NCBI GenBank assembly: GCA_963774165.1
Contig: CAVZEC010000012.1
Location: 375,089-439,088, forward strand
Direction: 5' to 3'
From: an uncultured Alphaproteobacteria bacterium
GTDB lineage: Bacteria > Pseudomonadota > Alphaproteobacteria > Rhizobiales > Hyphomicrobiaceae
DNA length: 64,000 bases
In this document: positions 50,717 to 58,471 of the stretch, one piece after another
Layout: the number at the start of each line of letters is the position of its first letter
Numbering within the stretch: the first letter of the stretch is position 1
Position numbers and translations under genes: made by a program
Notes under the pieces: generated by a model
Told to the model about the DNA's origin: nothing
The model's input: only the letters and a program-made list of their open reading frames with translations
Databases searched by the model: none

Positions 50717-50992
50717 GTAAGATGATCCACGCCAGAATGGTCCATCGAGGAACACCATTATGCGAGCCCGGCTTTGCGCTGTCATCCTCCTGCGGGGCTA
50801 CGGCTGAAACCCAGGCCTGGCATCGGGCTTGGCGCTCGCATCGAGACCGTGCCGGTGAATTCCGGTCCTTGAGGGCATATTCCCCTGCTTTTTTGTGCAC
50901 GTGGTGACAGCGCCACAGCGCCGCCGCCGGCATTATCCTAGATTGGCAAGGGATTCGGCCCTGCGCCGAGACATTTCCTGCCAACGAACGGG

Positions 50993-51871
50993 GTGCAGCG
51001 CTTGCAACGCCGAACCTTCCTGATGTGCACTGCCGCAGCCCTGAGCGAGGCTGCGTTCTCCTCCCTGGCCTGGGCCGTTCCCAAGCCCTACAGCTGGGAG
51101 GCGATGCCGCCCAACGGCAACGGCGAAGCCTTCGTGAAATGGATGGTGGCGAACCGCGGCGAGGACACCCATTTCCTGGCGCAGCGCTTCACCCGCTACC
51201 AGACGCTGGTCGCCAATCGCGACGTGCTCGACGATCGCAACAAGCGCGCCTTCCTGATGACGCCGCGCGAGGAGTTCACGCTCAAGCGTAACCAGGGCCG
51301 CGCCTACGACCACGCCTTCCTCGACATCGGCTACGGAGTGACCATCTCCGGTCCCCACGTCGTCAGCCGCATGACCACTTCGCTCGAGGTGAAGTTCGGC
51401 GAGAAGGTGCTCGAGATCGGCACCGGCTCCGGCTACCAGTCGGCCTACCTTGCCAACCTCACCGACAAGGTCTGGACCGTCGAGATCATCAAGCCGCTCG
51501 CCGAGCGCACCCGCGGCGTCTATGACGGGTTGATCGAGCGCGGCTACAGCGAGTACAAGGCGATCAGCAGCAAGAACGCCGACGGCTACTACGGCTGGCA
51601 GGAGGCAGGGCCGTTCGACAAGATCATCGTCACCTGCGGCATAGACCACGTTCCGCCGCCCTTGCTGCAGCAGCTGAAAGCGGGCGGAGCCATGGTGATC
51701 CCGGTGGGGCCTCCGGGAGCCCAGCGCCTGCTCAAGATCGTCAAGGAGCAGGCTGCCGACGGCATGATGACGGTCACCCGGTCGGACATCTACGGCGGTA
51801 AGATCGTTCCCTTCGTGCCGTTCACCAAGCTCGACGGCGACGCCATCAAGGGGACGCACAACCAGCGGTGA
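50993..51871 (+). CDS. protein-L-isoaspartate O-methyltransferase homologue with a Tat-type signal peptide and N-terminal extension
   Basis: MQRLQRRTFLMCTAAALSEAAFSSLAWA has the twin-arginine pattern RRxFL, a hydrophobic core and an AxA site. The PIMT core is ISGPHVVSRM, VLEIGTGSGYQSAYLA, VWTVEI, GGAMVIPVG. Confidence 0.8.
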   Translation: MQRLQRRTFLMCTAAALSEAAFSSLAWAVPKPYSWEAMPPNGNGEAFVKWMVANRGEDTHFLAQRFTRYQTLVANRDVLDDRNKRAFLMTPREEFTLKRNQGRAYDHAFLDIGYGVTISGPHVVSRMTTSLEVKFGEKVLEIGTGSGYQSAYLANLTDKVWTVEIIKPLAERTRGVYDGLIERGYSEYKAISSKNADGYYGWQEAGPFDKIIVTCGIDHVPPPLLQQLKAGGAMVIPVGPPGAQRLLKIVKEQAADGMMTVTRSDIYGGKIVPFVPFTKLDGDAIKGTHNQR

Positions 51872-54630
51872 GACAGCGCCACGACAAACAACCTCTGTCA
51901 GGATCGGCGGCACGCTTTCGCCACGGGGCCGCGGCATGGCTGGCGCGCGCCGGGCTGGTTGCGCGTGCGGGCTACGACACGACCGCGCGCCGCGTCGGCA
52001 CCTTCAGCGCCAAGCCGATGACCGCGGGAGGCGAAGAGCCGCGGGAGGGCGACGCGGAGCTGCGGCCGACGCCGTTCCTGTACCTATCGGTCGGACTCGT
52101 GGCCGGCGCGGTGATCGCGCTGCAGATCGGCATCATGCGTCTCTTCTCGGTCGGCAGCTGGGCGCATTTCGGCTCGCTGGTGGTGAGCCTCGCCATGCTC
52201 GGCTTCGGCCTGACCAGCGCCATCATGTGCGTGCGCAAGGGCTGGTTCGAGCGGCACTGGCAGCGCGTGGCGATGACCTCGCTGCTGCTGTTCGGCCCGC
52301 TGACGGTGGCGGCCAATCTCGTCGCCCAGCAGATACCCTTCAATGCGATCTTCCTCGTCTCCGACCCGGCGCAGAAGTGGCGGCTGTTCGGCAACTTCCT
52401 GCTCTACATGCTGCCGTTCCTGGCCGGCGCCTTCTATCTGGGGACTGTGTTCCTCAAGGCACAGCGGATCTTCGGGCGCGTCTATTTCGCCGACCTGACG
52501 GGCTCGGGGCTGTGCGGGCTGCTGTTCCTGGGGGCGATGTACTTCGTCACGCCCGAGAACCTGCTGATCGTTCCGCTGGCGCTGTGGCTCGCCGGCAGCG
52601 TGCTGTGGTGCCTGGCCGTCGAGCGCCGGCGGCAGATCGCCTGGCTGGCGGCGACCGCCGTGGCGTGCGTTGCCGTGCACCTGGCGGCGCCGAGCTTCGA
52701 CGTGCCCAACCTCTCGGTTTCCGACTACAAGGGCGTGTCCTACGCGCGCAAGTTCCCCGACGCCGAGCGCGTCTACGAGCGTGCCTCGCCGTTCGGCTAC
52801 CTGGAGGTCTACTCCAGCTCGTATCTGCACTTCGCGCCCGGGCTCTCCGACAACGCGGCGTTCAACCTGCCGACCATGCCCGCCAACGCCTACCTCGGCC
52901 TCTACATCGACGGCGAGGGCCCGAGCGGCATCATCCGCGACCTGCCCGCGGCCGAGACCGCCTATTTCCGCTACCTGCCGATGATCTACCCCTACCTGAT
53001 CAAGGAGGCGCCCGACACCTTCGTCGTGCAGTTCGGCGGCGGCATCTCGACGGCGGTCGCGCTCAAGAGCGACTCCAAGAGCGTGACCGTGGCGGAGGGC
53101 AACCCGGCCGTCCTCAACGCCTTCCGCTACGACCAGGGCCTGCGCGACTTCACCGGCGACGTGCTCAACAACAAGAAGCTCCGGGTCATCGACTACGAGG
53201 GACGGCTGTTTCTCTCCCACACCAAGGACCGCTTCGACATCGTCGACCTGAGCCTCGCCAACTCGGCGGGCCTGTCGAGCCCCGGCGGCTTCGCCATCGT
53301 CGAGAAGTTCGCCTACTCGCGCGAGGCCATGGCGAGCTACATGCGCGCCCTGAAGGACGGCGGCATCCTCTCGGTCACGCTGTGGAACAAGGAGGAGCCG
53401 CCCAAGTCGGTGCTGAAGCTCTATGCCACCATGGCCGAGGCCGCGCGCCAGATCGACGGCGGCAACATCGCCGACCGCTTCTTCGTGTCCTCGAGCTATC
53501 TGTCGACGGCGACGGTGCTCTACAAGCGCGGCGGCTTCACGCCCGAGGAGACGACCAAGCTGCGCACGCACACGCGCGCCATGTCGTTCGACGAGATCTA
53601 CTACCCGGGCTTCGCCTTCGACGCCAAGGACGCCGAGACCGTCCTCAAGGACTACAAGAACTCGATCTTCCCCGACGAGCCGACGGGAGACCCGAACGCC
53701 ACCGATGCGCCCAAGCCCCCGGAGGGGCCGCCGCCGGAGAACGCCGTGCTGCCCGCCACCACGATGGGCCAGATGGCCTGGCACCACCTGGTGCACGGCG
53801 GCTGGGACGAGGTCGCCCGCAAGTATGTGTTCGACTCGCGCCTCCTCACCAATGACCGGCCGTATTTCGCGGCGTACGTGAAGCCGGGCGACCTGCCGCG
53901 CGTGACCGACCGGCTGGAGCTGCTGCAGGACGAATGGGGCTTCCTGCTGGTGTGGGCGACGTTGGGGATCGCCTGCATCGCCGCCCTCTCGCTGGTGCTG
54001 CTGCCGCTCGCCTTCGGTTGGCGCACCATCTTCAGCCGCAATCCCGGCAAGTTCCGCACCATCGTCTATTTCGCCTGCCTGGGTGCGGGCTACATCATGG
54101 TCGAGGTGGGCCTGATCTCGAAGTTCATCCAGGCGCTGAGCAACGCCACGGTCTCGGCCTCCGTGCTCATCACGGGCATGCTGGTGTGCTCGGGGCTGGG
54201 CAGCCTCGTCTCCGAGCGCTACTTCGACAGCGCGCGCACCATCATGCCGCGCATCTTCGTGGCGATCGGAGCGCTGCTGATCGGCTACGGGCTGGCGCTC
54301 GACAGCGTGCTCGACTGGATCGGCACGTTCCCCTATGCGTTGCGGCTGCTGCTCTGCTTCGTGCTGATCTTCCCGCCGGCGTTCCTGATGGGCTTCCCCA
54401 TGCCGATCGCCATGACGTGGCTGTCCCGGCTGGGCAAGGACCACATGTTCCTATGGGCGTGGGGCATCAACGGCTGCTTCTCGGTGGTGGGCGCGGCACT
54501 GGTGCCTGTCATCGCCACCTCGTTCGGACTGGCGGCCGTGCTGATCTTCAGCGGTTGCGCCTACCTGCTGGCGATCTTCGGGTTCTTCGCGGTGCTGTTG
54601 CCGCTGGCGCCCGCCAGAGCCGCGGCGTGA
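51868..54630 (+). CDS. large polytopic membrane protein with a central spermidine-synthase-like (SAM/dcSAM-binding) domain
   Basis: The ORF is 920 aa and intact. An N-terminal block of about 7 TM segments is followed by a soluble domain with FVVQFGGGISTAVAL, VAEGNP and DRFDIVDLSL motifs. A second block of about 6-7 TM segments forms the C-terminus. The GTG at 51868 overlaps the upstream stop (GTGA). A more conservative start is the ATG at 52018. Confidence 0.75.
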   Translation: MRQRHDKQPLSGSAARFRHGAAAWLARAGLVARAGYDTTARRVGTFSAKPMTAGGEEPREGDAELRPTPFLYLSVGLVAGAVIALQIGIMRLFSVGSWAHFGSLVVSLAMLGFGLTSAIMCVRKGWFERHWQRVAMTSLLLFGPLTVAANLVAQQIPFNAIFLVSDPAQKWRLFGNFLLYMLPFLAGAFYLGTVFLKAQRIFGRVYFADLTGSGLCGLLFLGAMYFVTPENLLIVPLALWLAGSVLWCLAVERRRQIAWLAATAVACVAVHLAAPSFDVPNLSVSDYKGVSYARKFPDAERVYERASPFGYLEVYSSSYLHFAPGLSDNAAFNLPTMPANAYLGLYIDGEGPSGIIRDLPAAETAYFRYLPMIYPYLIKEAPDTFVVQFGGGISTAVALKSDSKSVTVAEGNPAVLNAFRYDQGLRDFTGDVLNNKKLRVIDYEGRLFLSHTKDRFDIVDLSLANSAGLSSPGGFAIVEKFAYSREAMASYMRALKDGGILSVTLWNKEEPPKSVLKLYATMAEAARQIDGGNIADRFFVSSSYLSTATVLYKRGGFTPEETTKLRTHTRAMSFDEIYYPGFAFDAKDAETVLKDYKNSIFPDEPTGDPNATDAPKPPEGPPPENAVLPATTMGQMAWHHLVHGGWDEVARKYVFDSRLLTNDRPYFAAYVKPGDLPRVTDRLELLQDEWGFLLVWATLGIACIAALSLVLLPLAFGWRTIFSRNPGKFRTIVYFACLGAGYIMVEVGLISKFIQALSNATVSASVLITGMLVCSGLGSLVSERYFDSARTIMPRIFVAIGALLIGYGLALDSVLDWIGTFPYALRLLLCFVLIFPPAFLMGFPMPIAMTWLSRLGKDHMFLWAWGINGCFSVVGAALVPVIATSFGLAAVLIFSGCAYLLAIFGFFAVLLPLAPARAAA

Positions 54631-54631
54631 C

Positions 54632-55624
54632 GTGCGCGGCACCGGCGTCCGCCGCCTGCTCGCGCGCCTGATCCCGGCTCTCGTTGCCTTGGGCCCTGCC
54701 ATGCAAAGCCCGGCAAATGCCGCGCAGACCGGAGCCGCGAGAACCGAGCTCGTCGCCTTCGACAATTCACCGTTCCCCTACTCCGGCCAGCCGCCGGGCC
54801 AGGACAAGCCGTTCTTCGACGTCGAGAAGGACGGCCGGCGCGGGCATACCTCTCCGCGCGGCGGCATCTATTGGGAGGACGCCACCTACAGCGACCGCCG
54901 CGTGCTGCTGCACATCCCACGCGGGTTCAATGCGGCGCTGCCGGCGGTGATGGTCGTCTACTTCCACGGCAACCTCGCCAACCTCGAGGGCGTCGTGCAC
55001 CGCCACCAGCAGGTGCCGCGGCAGCTCTCGGAGTCGGGTCTGAACGCGGTGCTGGTGGCGCCGCAGCTCGCGGTCAACGCCGCGGATTCGAGCGCCGGGC
55101 GCTTCTACGATGCCGGCCATTTCCGCCGCTTCGTGGAGGAGGCGGGAGTCCGTCTCGCGAAGCTGCACGGCGACCAGCGCGCGCGGGGGGCCATCGAGAG
55201 CCTGCCGGTGATCGTCTTCGCCTACAGCGGCGGCTATGCGCCCGCCGCGTGGTCCGCGCACCACGGAGGCATCGGCGACCGCCTGCGCGGCATTATCCTG
55301 TTCGACGCGCTCTACGCCGAGATGGACAAGTTCGCCGCCTGGATCGAGCACCGCGAGTCCGCGTTCTTCTTCAGCGCCTACACGCGCTCCGCCCGCGACG
55401 AGAACCTGGTGCTGCAGAAGATGCTGGCCGAGCGGAGGGTCGATTTCACCACCGCTCTGCCCGCGCGCCTGGGACCCGGGCGGGTCGCATTCTATGCGAC
55501 GGCGGAGGAGATCACGCACAGCGAGTTCGTCAGCAAGGCCTGGGTGGACGATCCGCTGCGCGAGACGCTGGCGAAGATCCCCGGCTACCCCCGCACGCCC
55601 CCGCCCAAGGCCCGCAAGCGCTGA
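54632..55624 (+). CDS. secreted hypothetical protein, possibly alpha/beta-hydrolase-like
   Basis: The GTG start lies 1 nt after the upstream stop. The signal-like N-terminus is RRLLARLIPALVALGPAMQSPANA. VVYFHGN and VIVFAYSGGY resemble an oxyanion-hole/nucleophile-elbow arrangement, but this is weak. Confidence 0.6.
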   Translation: MRGTGVRRLLARLIPALVALGPAMQSPANAAQTGAARTELVAFDNSPFPYSGQPPGQDKPFFDVEKDGRRGHTSPRGGIYWEDATYSDRRVLLHIPRGFNAALPAVMVVYFHGNLANLEGVVHRHQQVPRQLSESGLNAVLVAPQLAVNAADSSAGRFYDAGHFRRFVEEAGVRLAKLHGDQRARGAIESLPVIVFAYSGGYAPAAWSAHHGGIGDRLRGIILFDALYAEMDKFAAWIEHRESAFFFSAYTRSARDENLVLQKMLAERRVDFTTALPARLGPGRVAFYATAEEITHSEFVSKAWVDDPLRETLAKIPGYPRTPPPKARKR

Positions 55625-55637
55625 GGCTCGCGCCGCC

Positions 55638-56027
55638 TGGAAGTCGATCCTGTCCAACAAGGGAATCCTGCCCTTGTTGTGGGAGATGGCGCCGCGACAC
55701 CCGAACCTGCTGCCGGCGTACTTCGAGGACGACCCGGCACGCGCGCGGCTGCAGGGTCGCTACGCCAAGAAGCCGCTCTACTCACGCGAGGGTCAGAACG
55801 TGCTGCTCATCGACGGCGACATGGTCGTCGACCGGGACGGCGGCCTCTACGGCAACAACGGCTTCGTCGTGCAGCAGCTGGCGAGGATGCCGCAGTTCGA
55901 CGGCAACTATCCGGTAATCGGCAGCTGGGTCATCGGCGACGCCCCCGGCGGCATCGGCATACGCGAGGACGTCACCCCCATCACCAAGAACACGTCGCGG
56001 TTCATTCCCCACGCGATCGAGCCGTGA
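55638..56027 (+). pseudogene. 3' remnant of a glutathionylspermidine synthase family (GspS-like, ATP-grasp) gene
   Basis: WKSILSNKGILPLLWEMAPRHPNLLPAYFEDD...YAKKPLYSREGQNV...FDGNYPVIGSWVIGDAPGGIGIREDVTPITKNTSRFIPHAIEP matches the conserved C-terminal ~130 aa of the family. There is no N-terminal two-thirds and no start codon at the homology boundary. The upstream part of ORF 55236..56027 overlaps the preceding real gene. Confidence 0.7.
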
Positions 56028-56244
56028 GTGGATCGCGACGATGTCGGTAACGAGAAATCCTGGGAGCCTGAGATGAACATGCAAGATTTCAGTGGACTGC
56101 TGTTGTTCGCCCTCTATTTCACGACAAGCGTCGCGTCGGCCCGCCGCTCGCTTGTGGCTTGCGGGATTCGCAGGAAACCCGGATATTCGTGCTGTCTGGG
56201 CATCAGTGCGGAGCCGCGGCCGGAGCGCCGCGATCGGGGATGTC

Positions 56245-57000
56245 ATGCGAGATTTTTCGGTCGCTTTCGTGCTTGGATCGATGCTGGTTCTGTCTGGGAT
56301 GGCCCCCGTGCAAGCTGCGGAACTCCAGGTCTTGGCGGGCGGCGGCATAGCCGCTCCCTTGAACGAGATCATCGCCCAGTTCGAGAAGGCCTCCGGCCAC
56401 AAGATCGTCGTCCGCTATGGAACGACGCCCGAACTCATCAAGATGGCGACCGCAGGCGGGCCGTTCGACCTGTGCGTCGTCCCGCAGGACGTGCTCAAGG
56501 ATGCCGGCGCTCGCGCGCAGGTCGCACCGGGCCCGACACCCGACGTCGCTCGCGTAGGTCTGGCGGTCGCCGTCCGCGCCGGCGCTCCCAAGCCCGACAT
56601 CGGCACGCCGGAAGCCCTCAAGCAGACGCTGCTCAAGGCGCAATCCATCGCCTCGATACCGGCAAGCGCAACGGGCACCCAGCTTGCAGGCGTATACGAG
56701 CGACTCGGGATCGCGGAGGCGATGAAGGCCAAGACCAAGGCGCAACCGGCGCCGGCCAAGATCATCGAGGCGGTTGCAAGCGGCGAAGCGGAGCTCGCCG
56801 TCTTCCTCGTGAACGTGCTGACGGATCCCCGCCTCGACGTGGTCGGCCCGTTCCCCGCCGAGATACAGCGCGAGGTCGTCTACGCATCCGGGATCGCCGC
56901 CGACAGCAAAGAGGTCGAAGCCGCGAAGGCTTTCCTCGCCTACCTGATGTCTCCCGCCGGCACCTCGGTGATCAAGGCCAAGGGCATGAACCCGGGCTGA
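56245..57000 (+). CDS. ModA-like periplasmic substrate-binding protein (orphan, no adjacent permease/ATPase)
   Basis: The signal peptide MRDFSVAFVLGSMLVLSGMAPVQA is followed by ELQVLAGGGIAAPLNEIIAQFEKASGHKIVVRYGTTPEL...AELAVFLVNVL...VVYASGIAADSK, typical of the molybdate-binding-like SBP family. Confidence 0.7.
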   Translation: MRDFSVAFVLGSMLVLSGMAPVQAAELQVLAGGGIAAPLNEIIAQFEKASGHKIVVRYGTTPELIKMATAGGPFDLCVVPQDVLKDAGARAQVAPGPTPDVARVGLAVAVRAGAPKPDIGTPEALKQTLLKAQSIASIPASATGTQLAGVYERLGIAEAMKAKTKAQPAPAKIIEAVASGEAELAVFLVNVLTDPRLDVVGPFPAEIQREVVYASGIAADSKEVEAAKAFLAYLMSPAGTSVIKAKGMNPG

Positions 57001-57079
57001 GGCGCTGCCTCTTCGAGCCGGTCGATGCTCTGGCTGACGGCGCAGGGATCGCGCATGAGCCGACGGCTCCGAAGGGCGC

Positions 57080-57352
57080 TCAGTTGTGATCGCCGCCGCC
57101 TTCGCGCGCCTTCTGGTCCCACCACAGCTTGCTCCCGAACGGCAATTGGCTGGCGTCGTGCGGATACCAATCGCCGGTCGAGGCGGCGGGCTGGCGCCCG
57201 CTCGCGGCCCGATCGCCATTGCCTGCGGTACTGGAACGGCTCGGGTACTGCTTCTCCTTGTGCTTGCGAGCTGACGCCGCATCCGCGTCGCTCCCAACCG
57301 CAGTGAAAGCGACAAACGACAAAGCCGCACATATTGCTGCGATCGGTCTCAT
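57080..57352 (-). CDS. small secreted hypothetical protein (90 aa)
   Basis: The ATG at 57352 is within the tail of ORF 57080..58165. The signal peptide is MRPIAAICAALSFVAFTAVGSDADA. A polar mature part follows, ending WWDQKAREGGGDHN. Confidence 0.5.
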   Translation of the reverse strand: MRPIAAICAALSFVAFTAVGSDADAASARKHKEKQYPSRSSTAGNGDRAASGRQPAASTGDWYPHDASQLPFGSKLWWDQKAREGGGDHN

Positions 57353-57501
57353 ATCGCCTCGCACGCGTTCGCTGGCCGGGTTGACTTGAGGAACCGCAGG
57401 CGACTTGGCAGGGGTGGAAGTGCTCCGCCCCTCGGGATCAGGCGTCATCGCCGCCCGAACGTCGTTGTCAATGAGACCCGGAAGCCGCGGTTGCACCAGT
57501 G

Positions 57502-58386
57502 CTACTTCGTCATGCCGGTGATGCTCTGGCTGACGGCCCGGGGGTCGCGCATGGGCCAGCGGCCTGCATCGACCTGGGAGAGGAAATCGGCCAGCGCCGC
57601 ATTGAAGGCCGCGGGCTCCTCGATGTTGATGGTGTGGCCGCTGTTGGGGACGACGAGCAGGGCGGCCGACGGGCAGGTGCGCTTGATGAAGACGCCCGGC
57701 AGCAGGCAAGGCCAGTCCTCGTCGCCGGTGACGACCAGCATGGGCACGTCGAGCTTGGCGAGCTTGTCCTCCAGGTCGAGGATCGACGGGCGCTCGCGCT
57801 GCACGCCGAGCTGGGTGTTGGCGGCGCCCTTGGCCGAGTGCTCGGTCAGCATGGCCTTGAACTCGGCAAACCCGCGCGGATCCTTGTTCTCGAACTGCAC
57901 GCGCGTGGGCCCGTAGGCATAGGCCGCCGCGAACGCGGCCATCCCGTCCTTCTCGAGCTTGCCGGCGATAAGCGTTGCCTCGGCGCGGAACTTCTCGCGC
58001 TCGCTCCGCTCCGAGCCGTAGCCGGCGCCGGCAACCAGCAGCGAGAGGGCGCGCTTGGGATAGGTCAGCCCGAAGTGCAGGGTCGCGAACCCGCCCATCG
58101 ACAGGCCGACGACGTGCGCCTTGTCGATCTTCAGCGCATCGAGGACGCAGCGGATGTCGTCGCACGCGCGTGCCTGCGAATAGCGGGTGGCGTCCTGCGG
58201 CACCTCGGAAGGCGGCCAGCCGCGCGCGTTGAAGGCGATGCAGCGGTAGCGGCGCGCGAAGTAGCGCATCTGCGGCTCCCAGCTGCGATAGTCGCCCGCG
58301 AACTCGTGCACGAAGACGATCGGCGCGCCGCTGCCGGTCTCCTCGTAGTAGAGCTGCACGCCGTCGTCGGTGGAGAGATGGGGCAT
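57502..58386 (-). CDS. alpha/beta hydrolase
   Basis: The sequence has PIVFVHEF and the nucleophile elbow GLSMGG. VVTGDEDW and the late GH (NSGHTI) complete the catalytic triad pattern. Confidence 0.85.
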   Translation of the reverse strand: MPHLSTDDGVQLYYEETGSGAPIVFVHEFAGDYRSWEPQMRYFARRYRCIAFNARGWPPSEVPQDATRYSQARACDDIRCVLDALKIDKAHVVGLSMGGFATLHFGLTYPKRALSLLVAGAGYGSERSEREKFRAEATLIAGKLEKDGMAAFAAAYAYGPTRVQFENKDPRGFAEFKAMLTEHSAKGAANTQLGVQRERPSILDLEDKLAKLDVPMLVVTGDEDWPCLLPGVFIKRTCPSAALLVVPNSGHTINIEEPAAFNAALADFLSQVDAGRWPMRDPRAVSQSITGMTK

Positions 58387-58471
58387 CGCGGGTTCCGGTC
58401 GGAGTTTGGCGGGTGCGGAGACATGGAATTAGGCGGGCCGTAGCCTCGAGCCGATGTAGCCGATAATCGCG

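Noticed and set aside
47179-50984. 747-aa plus-strand ORF (47179..49422) and 544-aa minus-strand ORF (49350..50984)
   Set aside because: Both are off-frame or antisense to well-supported genes (btaB, M20 amidohydrolase, VOC, MaoC-like). Both have the R/G/P/A-rich composition of high-GC shadow frames.
52084-54444. 786-aa minus-strand ORF
   Set aside because: It is the antisense shadow of the 920-aa membrane protein gene. Its composition is extremely rich in Arg/Glu/Gly/His/Asp, with none of the hydrophobic segments seen on the plus strand.
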